NCBI GenBank assembly: GCA_965223795.1
Contig: CBDCXL010000002.1
Coordinates: 1,220,030-1,284,029 of the forward strand
Direction of reading: 5' to 3'
Length of the DNA: 64,000 nt
Source: Nitrospinales bacterium
GTDB taxonomy: Bacteria > Nitrospinota > Nitrospinia > Nitrospinales > VA-1
Shown in pieces: positions 36,063 through 44,095 of the stretch (positions within the stretch are counted from its first letter, which is position 1; each line of letters starts with the position of its first letter). The notes under the pieces were generated by a model. It had not been told where the DNA came from. It did no database searches and was given only the letters and a program-made list of their open reading frames with translations. The translations under genes and the position numbers were made by a program.

Positions 36063-37244
36063 TCAACCGCTCAATGCGCTTTTGCCGCGCTGGATGGAGC
36101 GAAATCCGTATTTGCCGCGAATGCGGTCGATGCTCCGGCACAGGCGCTGCTGGCGTTCCGGGTCCGCGAACAGGTCGCTCTGGATGCAGCCCTCGCGGTT
36201 CAGTCCGGAAAGCGACACGCCGATGAGGCGCACGCGCGTGCTTGGGGTGATCGTCCTGCGGAACAGCCTGAGCACCGCCTGCAAGATCACCGGATCTTCG
36301 GAGGCCGGCTGATTCAGGGTGCACGAGCGGGTGCGGGTGGTGAAATCCGGAGTGCGCAGCTTGAGCGTGACCGAACGGGCGAACAGGCCGGAGGCGCGCA
36401 GTTGCGCCGCCGCTTCCTCCACGAGGCGGCTGAGCGTCGCTTCGAGAAACAGCGGGTCTTTCACATCTTTCGCAAAGGTGGTTTCGCGGCCGATCGAGCG
36501 GCTGTCCTCTTCATGGGCGAGCACCGGATCGACGCAGACGCCGCGCGCGCGAAAGTGCAACACCGTTCCCCACTTGCCGTGCGCCATCTCGAGGGTTTTT
36601 CGGGGCAGGGCGGCGAGCTGACCGACGGTGCGGATGCCCCTGCGTGTGAGCTTTTCGCCGCCTTTGCGCCCGACACCGGGCAGCCGGTGGATGGGCAGCG
36701 CACAGAGAAATTTCCGCTCCTTGCCGGGCGCGATCCACAGCAGGCCATTGGGCTTGGCGAAATCGGAGGCGACCTTGGCGAGCAGCTTGTTGACGGCGAT
36801 GCCGATGGAAGCGGTGATGCCGACGCGCGCGCGGATTTCCCTGCGGATCGACTCGGCGGCTTTGAGTACGGGGCCGTGCAGCCGTTCGCAGCCGGAGAGG
36901 TCCATGTAGGCTTCGTCGAGCGACACCGGTTCCACCAGCGGCGAATAGGTTCTCAGGATGTTAAAGATGCGCCGGGAAAATTCGCCGTACACGCCCTGGG
37001 AGACGCGCAGAAAGATCGCGTGCGGGCAGCGCCGTTTCGCTTCCACCATCGGCATGGCGGAGTGGACGCCGTAGCGGCGCGCGGCGTAGGAAGCGGTGGA
37101 GACGACGCCGCGTCCGTCGGGATCGCCGCCCACGATCACCGGCTTGCCCTTGAGCGAGGGATCCCGCACTTCCTCCACAGCCACGAAAAACGCGTCCATG
37201 TCGACGTGCAGGATCGTCCTCTCTGGGGTTTGATTCCGACTCAT
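36063..37244 (-). CDS. dinB: DNA polymerase IV (Y-family)
   Basis: 393 aa. ILHVDMDAFFVAVE catalytic motif, SIDEAYLD-like LDEAYMDLS and GIAVNKLLAKVAS. Confidence 0.9.
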   Translation of the reverse strand: MSRNQTPERTILHVDMDAFFVAVEEVRDPSLKGKPVIVGGDPDGRGVVSTASYAARRYGVHSAMPMVEAKRRCPHAIFLRVSQGVYGEFSRRIFNILRTYSPLVEPVSLDEAYMDLSGCERLHGPVLKAAESIRREIRARVGITASIGIAVNKLLAKVASDFAKPNGLLWIAPGKERKFLCALPIHRLPGVGRKGGEKLTRRGIRTVGQLAALPRKTLEMAHGKWGTVLHFRARGVCVDPVLAHEEDSRSIGRETTFAKDVKDPLFLEATLSRLVEEAAAQLRASGLFARSVTLKLRTPDFTTRTRSCTLNQPASEDPVILQAVLRLFRRTITPSTRVRLIGVSLSGLNREGCIQSDLFADPERQQRLCRSIDRIRGKYGFRSIQRGKSALSG

Positions 37245-37254
37245 GATACCGGCG

Positions 37255-37704
37255 TCAACTCGACTCGATCGTCACTTGAGTGGTGACGGAATTGGCGATG
37301 AAACACGCCTGATGCGCGCGGGCGTGGATTTTTTCGATCTCTTCCGGCGCCGGCGTTGTGTCGCCGCCCCACTGCACCCTGGGCTTGAGCACGGCGCGGG
37401 TGACCGCAAATTTTCCGTCGGCGTTCTTTTCCAGATACCCCACGGCGGCGTCTTCGTAGCGTTCGATCTTGAGGCGCTTCTTGGCGGCGACGGCCAGGAA
37501 GGTCAGCATGTGGCAGCTCGACAGCGCGCCGACCAGCGCTTCCTCCGGGTCGACGCAATCGGGATTGCCCTGAAAACCGGGAGCGGCGGAGGCGTTGATC
37601 TCGACGCCGCCCTCGAACTCCCACACGTGATCGCGGTTGTAACCTTCGTGACTGAATTCCTCGCTGCCGCGGGCCCAGCGGACTTTGACTCGATGCTCGG
37701 ACAT
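37255..37704 (-). CDS. OsmC/Ohr family peroxiredoxin-like protein
   Basis: 149 aa with two conserved Cys contexts (LSSCHMLTF, AHQACFIANS). Sits between lexA and dinB. Confidence 0.85.
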   Translation of the reverse strand: MSEHRVKVRWARGSEEFSHEGYNRDHVWEFEGGVEINASAAPGFQGNPDCVDPEEALVGALSSCHMLTFLAVAAKKRLKIERYEDAAVGYLEKNADGKFAVTRAVLKPRVQWGGDTTPAPEEIEKIHARAHQACFIANSVTTQVTIESS

Positions 37705-37747
37705 GCGTTTCCCCTTTCTCTTGGAATGTTGGCCCCGGCGGATCGGT

Positions 37748-38344
37748 TCATTTGAATTTGCGCAGGACGCCGATGACGACGCCCTGTATCTTGAAGTCCC
37801 CTTCGTTGACGATGATGGGCTGCATGTTCTGGTTGGCGGGCTGCAGGCGCACCTGGCCGTTTTCCCGGTAAAACCGCTTGAGGGTGGCTTTCTCGTTGTC
37901 GAGCAGGGCGACGACGGTCTCGCCGTTGTCGGCGCTGTCCCGCTTCTGCACGAACACGTAATCGCCGTCCCTGATCTGATCCTCGATCATGGAATCGCCC
38001 TTGGCCCTGAGGACGTAGACGTCCTTGTCCAGGGGATCGGGCAGGATGGACACGGTCTCGCGGCTGTCCATCGCCTCGATGGGCCTGCCGGCGGCGATGT
38101 GGCCGAGCACGGCGTATTCCCGGCCGTTGTGCGTCTCTTCGGTGATCTCGATGGCGCGGCTCAGGTTGTGCTCTTTGCGGATCAGCCCCTTGGTCTCCAG
38201 GTGGCTGAGATGCTTGTGCACGGTGGCCGGGGAGTTGAGGTTGAACTCCCGGCCGATTTCCATGATGCTCGGCGCGTAGCCCTTGCTTTGGATGTGTTCT
38301 TTCAGGTATTGGTAGATTTCCCGCTGCCGCTTGGTGAGGTGCAT
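37748..38344 (-). CDS. lexA: LexA repressor
   Basis: ORF 37748..38848 trimmed to ATG 38344 (MHLTKRQREIYQYL). Ala-Gly cleavage site (HIAAGRPIEA), Ser (GDSM) and Lys (ATLKRF) of the S24 peptidase. Confidence 0.9.
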   Translation of the reverse strand: MHLTKRQREIYQYLKEHIQSKGYAPSIMEIGREFNLNSPATVHKHLSHLETKGLIRKEHNLSRAIEITEETHNGREYAVLGHIAAGRPIEAMDSRETVSILPDPLDKDVYVLRAKGDSMIEDQIRDGDYVFVQKRDSADNGETVVALLDNEKATLKRFYRENGQVRLQPANQNMQPIIVNEGDFKIQGVVIGVLRKFK

Positions 38345-38378
38345 GCCCCCTTGTCTCCCGTTGGATTCGTTGCGGGGC

Positions 38379-38407
38379 AGTATAGGCGAAAATTTTTCGA
38401 AAATCAA
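38379..38407 (-). promoter_or_regulatory. lexA promoter with a palindrome in the spacer (candidate SOS operator)
   Basis: On the minus strand: TTGATT (38407-38402) N17 TATACT (38384-38379). The spacer contains the perfect palindrome CGAAAA-T-TTTTCG (38387-38399). Confidence 0.5.
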
Positions 38408-38479
38408 CCGGGCGCACGGGCAACAGGCCGGCCCTAGTGACACCGCCCTGCGAAACGAAGAAGGAGAGACGATCGGATC

Positions 38480-38920
38480 ATGGCGGATAAACTGAAACTG
38501 CTGTTTTTGTGCACGGGCAATTCCTGCCGCAGCCAGATGGCGGAGGGCTGGGCGCGCGCCCTGAAAGGCGACGCGATCGAGCCCTATTCGGCGGGGCTTG
38601 AGGCGCACGGGCTCAACCCGCTGGCGGTGAAGGCGATGGCGGAGGCGGGGGTCGACATCACGGGGCAGCAATCCCAGCGCATCGAGGAGGTGATTGCGGT
38701 GCCGTTCGACCGGGTGGTCACGGTGTGCGCGCACGCCGACGCCAACTGCCCGCTGTTTCCCCACGATGTCCCGGTGACGCACAAAGGATTCGACGATCCG
38801 CCCAAACTGGCGCGATCGGCGAAAAGCGAAGAGGAGGCGCTGGCGCATTACCGCAGGGTGCGCGATGAAATCCGCGCCTACGTGGAATCGCTGCCGGAGA
38901 GTCTCAAGGAAAAGGCGTGA
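38480..38920 (+). CDS. arsC: Arsenate reductase, LMW-PTP/thioredoxin-coupled type
   Basis: 146 aa. CTGNSCRSQMAEG P-loop (CX5R) plus downstream Cys in TVCAHADANCP. Confidence 0.85.
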   Translation: MADKLKLLFLCTGNSCRSQMAEGWARALKGDAIEPYSAGLEAHGLNPLAVKAMAEAGVDITGQQSQRIEEVIAVPFDRVVTVCAHADANCPLFPHDVPVTHKGFDDPPKLARSAKSEEEALAHYRRVRDEIRAYVESLPESLKEKA

Positions 38921-38941
38921 GTTGCGCTAAAGGCGCGGAGG

Positions 38942-39865
38942 TCAGAACTTGATTTCGGGGGTCTTTGCGGGAATTATCTTCACGGGCAGCCGTTTAGACA
39001 CCGGTTTCGTTTCTTTGAGGACGGCGTCCGCGGGAACCTGCTCAATCGAGCTCAGCCGCGAGGCGTCCTGGTTTTTTCTCAGATTCGCGACGGCTTTCTG
39101 CTTGTCCTTGTCGAGGATCTGGGACCAGTGAACCTGTTCGGCCTTTTCTTCATCCTGGGCGTTCCAGGTTTTGGCGAACACCGGTTCCTGGAAGGTGCCC
39201 TCGTTGTCGGCCTGATCGGGAAACTTCACGAGGGAAGTGAGTTTGCCCACCATATTCGAAGTCATGCGGTCCATTTCCACGGCGTTGGTCACCAGATACA
39301 GCGGCGCGATCACCGCGGAGGCCAGTCCGGTGGGGATCTTGGCCAGGCCTTCGTAATCGGATTCGGTCTGCTCCGCCATCCACAGGATCTCGCCCGAGCG
39401 GGTGTCCACCATGCGGGCGGAAATATTGAGCTCGATGGAGGAATGCAGCAGCATGTAGGATTTTTCCACTTTGTTGATGCGCGTGAGCAGCACCGCGTCC
39501 ACACCCAGAACCTCGCCGAAGCGCATGGGATTCATGTCCCAGAACTCGCCGGTATCGGTCAGCCCGCTCCGCTTGAGCTGCGCGTCGACCATGTAATGCT
39601 CTAGCAGGTTGAACTGCGATTGCTTGAGGTTGGCGTGCAGGCTCTGGCGGAACAGATCGGCCATTTCCTGCTGCTTTTCATCCTGCACCTGGGCGGGCAG
39701 GATCGCCACGGTGTGGCGCGCGGACAGTTTGTTGATGTTGCCGGAGACCTTGGTGCTCAGATGGGTGGTCCCGCAGGCGGAAAGCGCAAGCCCGGCTGCA
39801 AGACAGACCAGCGTGTGCCGCCACGCCGCTCTCACAGTATTTTGACTGTTCTGTGTCTGTCTCAC
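38942..39865 (-). CDS. DUF799-like lipoprotein (paralogue of the 33590..34858 N-domain)
   Basis: GTG start as in the ORF track. Lipobox ALSAC. Long collinear similarity to 33590..34858 (TKVSGN.N.LS, FGEVLG.D.VL, MVDTRSGEILW, KIPTG.ASAV). Confidence 0.7.
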   Translation of the reverse strand: MRQTQNSQNTVRAAWRHTLVCLAAGLALSACGTTHLSTKVSGNINKLSARHTVAILPAQVQDEKQQEMADLFRQSLHANLKQSQFNLLEHYMVDAQLKRSGLTDTGEFWDMNPMRFGEVLGVDAVLLTRINKVEKSYMLLHSSIELNISARMVDTRSGEILWMAEQTESDYEGLAKIPTGLASAVIAPLYLVTNAVEMDRMTSNMVGKLTSLVKFPDQADNEGTFQEPVFAKTWNAQDEEKAEQVHWSQILDKDKQKAVANLRKNQDASRLSSIEQVPADAVLKETKPVSKRLPVKIIPAKTPEIKF

Positions 39866-40332
39866 GCTTCACCTTGCACTGTGTGTGTTTTTTAATGCCC
39901 CATCGTGATGCGGGCGACCCAGTCGATGCCGAGGATGCCGGCCGCGAAATACAGCAGCGCCTTGAATGCCAGCCATCCGTTGTGGACGGATCGAACCTCG
40001 CCCCGGCCACCGCCCGCCATTTCATTTCGCTGTCTGGAATGCATCCGGCCCTCGTGATCCTTGCTGGGTTATTTCCTTTTATAGGTGCACAGTTCATGCC
40101 GTTTTTTGCGCAAACTGTTATATTTTGTGCAACTCGCCGTTTAACAAGCCAAATTTTTAGAGACAAAATTTTACATACCCGGTTTATGGTAAAAAATACT
40201 GTCAAATTTACACCCACATTGATCACAATATTGACCAGTTTTGTGATCCAGCTTACAAAACTGGGTCTGGAACACGGCCAGGGCGGGAACCGCTTGCTTT
40301 GGCAGATCAACAGGGGTAATTTGGAAACCATC

Positions 40333-41457
40333 ATGCGGAACAACACGATAAAAATCGGTTTATCAATCCTATGGGTCGCTGCCGCGCTGTCATTCTTTAG
40401 ATCCGCGCTTGAGGCTCAGGAACCGCCGGCGGCCCGGCCGGATCCGCAAGCGACGCTGCGCGTCGCTGTGGTCGGCGACACGGGAATCGGCGAGCGGGCG
40501 TTTCACTGGGGCTTCCTCGCGGTGCAGCGGGCGATGGAATCGGAGAAGCCGGATGTGCTGCTGCATCTGGGAGATTTTGTCTACCAGCCGGAGTTCATGC
40601 CGGACCGCTGCGATGAAAAATACATCGAGGAAATCAAGGCCACGCTGGTGCAGCCGTTTCCGATGCGGCTGTTCGTCGCGGGCGACAACGACCTGCCGCC
40701 GCACCGCAGAAAGCCGAAGGCTTCGGGCTGCTGGGAACACATCGATCCTCTGGACTCGCCGTTCGACACGCGCGTGGCCTGGGGACCGCAGCCGCGCGCG
40801 TTCGAGGGCACCAAGGTGATCGGCAACACGCTGTTCGCGGTGCTCAACAACCAGCCCTGGCAGGACCCGACACCGTGGCTGGAGCCTGAGATCAAGCGGG
40901 CCCGGCAGGAGGGCCTGTGGGTGGTGGTGGCGGTGCACGAGCCGGCGCTGACGACGGCGTGGTACCTGGAAAAACGCGCGACCGTGCTCCGGCAGATCAA
41001 CGCACTGGGCCCGGATCTGGTGCTTTCAGGCAATCAGCATTCCTACGAACGCTTCCACGCGCTCGGCGTGCCGGACGAGGACGGCGTGTTTTCCGTGCAC
41101 GCCTCGCCCACGGGCGAGTACCCGCAGGGAACGGGAACGGTGCACGTGGTTTCGGGCGGCGGCGGCGCGCTGATCAAGCCGTTCGCCGACCAGCAGGGGA
41201 TCGCCGAGCGCACGGCGCCCAAGGCGGTGTTCGACGCGCTGGCGGCGCGGGCGCTGATGAACCATTACCTGATTCTGGAAATGACGCCGCGGACGCTCAC
41301 CGGCAAAACCTTTCGGGTGTGTCCGGGCGAGGCGCAGGAAGGCAAAAAGAACCCGCGCTGGCGCGCGCGCAAAAAAATGTGGAACAGCATCTCGCTGCGC
41401 TGCGACGGCAAGCCGGTGGGCGTGACGCGGTTCGACCAGTTCACGATCGTGCGGTGA
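40333..41457 (+). CDS. Secreted calcineurin-like metallophosphoesterase
   Basis: ORF 39853..41457 trimmed to ATG 40333 (MRNNTIKIGLSILWVAAALS signal). Motifs VVGDTGIG, HLGDFVY, AGDND, GNQHSYER. Confidence 0.8.
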   Translation: MRNNTIKIGLSILWVAAALSFFRSALEAQEPPAARPDPQATLRVAVVGDTGIGERAFHWGFLAVQRAMESEKPDVLLHLGDFVYQPEFMPDRCDEKYIEEIKATLVQPFPMRLFVAGDNDLPPHRRKPKASGCWEHIDPLDSPFDTRVAWGPQPRAFEGTKVIGNTLFAVLNNQPWQDPTPWLEPEIKRARQEGLWVVVAVHEPALTTAWYLEKRATVLRQINALGPDLVLSGNQHSYERFHALGVPDEDGVFSVHASPTGEYPQGTGTVHVVSGGGGALIKPFADQQGIAERTAPKAVFDALAARALMNHYLILEMTPRTLTGKTFRVCPGEAQEGKKNPRWRARKKMWNSISLRCDGKPVGVTRFDQFTIVR

Positions 41458-41536
41458 GTGAATGAGATAACGCTTTAGACTAAGTTCTCTCAGTGAGAGT
41501 TAGAAAACTTTTTTAGAAAGACTCCACAATTTCATT

Positions 41537-42232
41537 ATGTTCAAGTCAGGGGATGTAATTTCGTATTTGGAGATGTGTCAACGAGAAGGAGTGAATTTAC
41601 AACGAGGAATGAACTTTAAGTTAAAAGGTAATTGCAGTGTCATTTTGATGAGTGTTCGTGCTGGAGCTCCATATGCGGATAAAATCATTGATGAAGGAAA
41701 AGTATTAATTTACGAAGGCCACGATATACCCAGAAAACGTGAAGGACCTGACCCAAAAACTATAGACCAGCCATTAAAAAACCCAAGCGGTAGTTTGACT
41801 CAAAATGGATTGTTTTACCAATGCGCTTTGGATCACAGAAATGAAGGTTTCCCGCCTGAACCCGTGAAAGTATATGAAAAAATTCAACCGGGTATCTGGG
41901 TTTTTAATGGTCTATTTCAATTAGTGGATGCTTGGCTAGAAAAAGTAAATTCGAGGAAAGTTTTTAAATTTAAGTTGGAAGTTATAGATGAAGAAATCGA
42001 CTTGAAACAAAGAAGAGAGAACAATTTAGAACATAATAGATTGATTCCTTCCCAAATAAAGTTAGAAGTCTGGAAGAGAGATAGAGGAAAATGTGTCAAG
42101 TGTGGGAGTAATGATAACTTGCACTATGATCATATTTTACCTTTTTCTAAAGGTGGGTCCTCGTTAAGTTCAAAAAATATTCAAATCTTATGTGCTAGGC
42201 ATAACTTAGAGAAAAAAGACAAAATTGAATAA
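41537..42232 (+). CDS. HNH endonuclease with N-terminal YDG/SRA-like domain (type IV modification-dependent restriction enzyme candidate)
   Basis: 231 aa in an AT-rich islet. HNH core CVKCGSNDNLHYDHILPFSKGG...NIQILCARHNLEKKDK. N-terminal VLIYEGHD...DQPLKNPSGSLTQNGL resembles the SRA YxGxG...Q...N..L pattern. Confidence 0.75.
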   Translation: MFKSGDVISYLEMCQREGVNLQRGMNFKLKGNCSVILMSVRAGAPYADKIIDEGKVLIYEGHDIPRKREGPDPKTIDQPLKNPSGSLTQNGLFYQCALDHRNEGFPPEPVKVYEKIQPGIWVFNGLFQLVDAWLEKVNSRKVFKFKLEVIDEEIDLKQRRENNLEHNRLIPSQIKLEVWKRDRGKCVKCGSNDNLHYDHILPFSKGGSSLSSKNIQILCARHNLEKKDKIE

Positions 42233-42345
42233 TTTTCACCACTAGAGTAATTTTTCTTCCTCCCAAGTATTTTTCAATTTCTTTGTGAGTTTCAAAAATA
42301 TTATTCCAGAAACGCATTTTCTTATCTTCTTAGTTTCTCCCTCAC

Positions 42346-43290
42346 ATGAGTCTCAAGCACATCGCTTTCGGAATCTCCTGTTACCTTCCCGGAGTTTACA
42401 ATCTGGTGGCGCGGTGGGTCGATCCGCCGATGCCCGCGCGGTACGGCTATGCGGTGTGGATGCGGCACCTGGTGCGGGCGCACCAGCACGGGATCGCCGG
42501 CATTCCGCACACGGTCGCGGAACCGGGGCTCGGCTATTCGCCGGGCGCGGGCCTTGCGGCGCTGCTTTCGGGGGCGGAGCGGTATGTCGCGGTCGATGTG
42601 CCGGGCTGCGAAGCCCGCCTGCACAATCTCAAACTGTTCGATGAGCTGGTCGCGCTTTTTGAGCAGCGGGCGGACATCCCGGACGCGGCGGAATTCCCGC
42701 GCATGCAGCCGGCGCTCGATGCGTACGCGTTCCCGAAGGATCTTCTGACCGAAGCGCACCTGGCGCGGACCCTGGCTGCCGACCGCGTGGCCGCGTTGCG
42801 GCAGGCGGTGTCCCAACCGGACGCGCCGGACTCGCCGCTGCGCCGCGTGTGCCCGTTGACGGACCCGGAAGTTCTGGAACCGCATTCGGTGGACATGATC
42901 TTCTCGCAGGCGGTGCTGGAGCATGTGGATGATCTGGAGACGGTGTACCGCGCGTTTTCTCTGTGGCTCAAACCAAAGGGATGGATGTCGCACACGATCG
43001 ACTTCACCTGCCACAACACGTCGAAGGTGTGGAACGGGCACTGGACGATCGGCGATGGTCGCTGGGGCTTGATGCGGGGCGGACGGCCGTATCTGCTCAA
43101 CCGGCAGCCGCATTCGGCGCATCTGCAATTGCTGCGCGAAACCGATTTCAAAATTCTTCTGGATCAGCGTCTGTTCAATAAAAAAAAGAGCGTCGCCCGA
43201 AAAGACCTGACCCTGCGGTTCGAGCACCTGACCGATGAGGATCTGAAAACCCAGGGCGCGTTCATTCTGGCGGCGGCACCCGAACGCTGA
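42346..43290 (+). CDS. Methyltransferase-domain protein (class I SAM-MTase-like, small-molecule type)
   Basis: 314 aa. VAEPGLGYSPGAG...YVAVDV (motif I/II-like) and MIFSQAVLEHVDDL...WLKPKGW. No DPPY/NPPY or PC DNA-methyltransferase motif seen. Confidence 0.6.
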   Translation: MSLKHIAFGISCYLPGVYNLVARWVDPPMPARYGYAVWMRHLVRAHQHGIAGIPHTVAEPGLGYSPGAGLAALLSGAERYVAVDVPGCEARLHNLKLFDELVALFEQRADIPDAAEFPRMQPALDAYAFPKDLLTEAHLARTLAADRVAALRQAVSQPDAPDSPLRRVCPLTDPEVLEPHSVDMIFSQAVLEHVDDLETVYRAFSLWLKPKGWMSHTIDFTCHNTSKVWNGHWTIGDGRWGLMRGGRPYLLNRQPHSAHLQLLRETDFKILLDQRLFNKKKSVARKDLTLRFEHLTDEDLKTQGAFILAAAPER

Positions 43291-43335
43291 CAATTCCCTA
43301 ACCTTCAGCACGCGCCCCTCGCCTGTTCAGGCGTA

Positions 43336-43872
43336 TCACTCCTTCAAGCTCAGATTGTAGTAAATGAGGGTGCCTTCCCCGTCCTCGTGGATGAGGACCG
43401 AAAGTTCCCGCTTTTCCTGGCTCAGGAGCATGAGCGGCGGCGGGCTTTTGAGCGTCCAGCCGGGGCGGTGCTTCTCCTGCCGGTAAAAGCGCACCACCTG
43501 GTCCTTGGCATCGCGGGTGGACGCCAGCCAGTGATCGTGCCCGGGCCCGCCCACCCGGGGCAGCGCGGCGATCGTGTCGATCGCGGGATAGGGCGGCAAC
43601 AGCCGGGCGATGGCTTCTTTTCCCTGCATGTCGCGGAAACCCATGTATGTGATGCCCACGATCAGCACAAAGAAGATGAGGGCTGCGGACTGGGAATAGT
43701 GCCGGAAGGGATTATCGCTTTCGTCTAAAAAACCGAGATACACGCTGACCAGGAACAGCGCCAGCAGCAGAATGAACAACCCGGTGAAGCGGCCGCCGAC
43801 TCCGGCTGCAAGCACGAACACGCCCTGCAACAGCAAACCTGCGGCGATCAGTGCGTGACGTTTTCGGCGCAT
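43336..43872 (-). CDS. Hypothetical membrane protein
   Basis: Trimmed to ATG 43872 (MRRKRHALIAAG). Three hydrophobic segments, then a soluble C-terminal domain. No family recognised. Confidence 0.5.
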   Translation of the reverse strand: MRRKRHALIAAGLLLQGVFVLAAGVGGRFTGLFILLLALFLVSVYLGFLDESDNPFRHYSQSAALIFFVLIVGITYMGFRDMQGKEAIARLLPPYPAIDTIAALPRVGGPGHDHWLASTRDAKDQVVRFYRQEKHRPGWTLKSPPPLMLLSQEKRELSVLIHEDGEGTLIYYNLSLKE

Positions 43873-44095
43873 CGGGGGTTCTTGGCAATGGGGTGGGGTG
43901 GGGCCGGGCCTCGCTGCTGCCACGGCGAGCACATTCAGGCGGGTGCCATTGTAGCAAAAGCGGGCGCGCTTCGCCCGGCAGGATGCGTGACGCGGGTTCA
44001 GGTTTGTTCGGATGCCGCAAACGAGTGCGCCGCCTGCGGGCGTCCCGGAATTTCGGATCTTACAGGAAGGACAACGGCGGCGGTCCCTCCGGACC

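Noticed and set aside
38345-38848. N-terminal 168-aa extension of the LexA ORF (37748..38848)
   Set aside because: The extension overlaps arsC on the other strand and is Arg-rich nonsense. LexA homology begins at MHLTKRQREIY (ATG 38344), with a promoter and palindrome just upstream.
39853-40332. N-terminal 160-aa extension of the metallophosphoesterase ORF (39853..41457)
   Set aside because: It has a GTG start inside the neighbouring gene's start region and runs through AT-rich non-coding DNA. A signal peptide begins at ATG 40333, which gives a normal secreted phosphoesterase.
42195-42317. 40-aa minus-strand ORF (MRFWNNIFETHKEIEKYLGGRKITLVVKIIQFCLFSLSYA) at the 3' edge of the islet, possibly a gene remnant or antitoxin-like partner of the HNH gene
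   Set aside because: It overlaps the HNH gene's 3' end, has no SD and matches no recognisable family. In AT-rich DNA, ORFs this short arise by chance.
41458-42345. Calling the low-G+C islet a mobile element
   Set aside because: No integrase, transposase, tRNA target or flanking direct/inverted repeats could be found. Only compositional evidence exists, so it is reported as a finding and not as a mobile_element feature.
42346-43290. Methyltransferase-like gene as the modification partner of the HNH nuclease (classical R-M pair)
   Set aside because: Its G+C is native, unlike the islet. There is no (D/N)PP(Y/F) or PC/ENV DNA-methyltransferase motif. SRA-HNH enzymes are modification-dependent and do not need a methylase.
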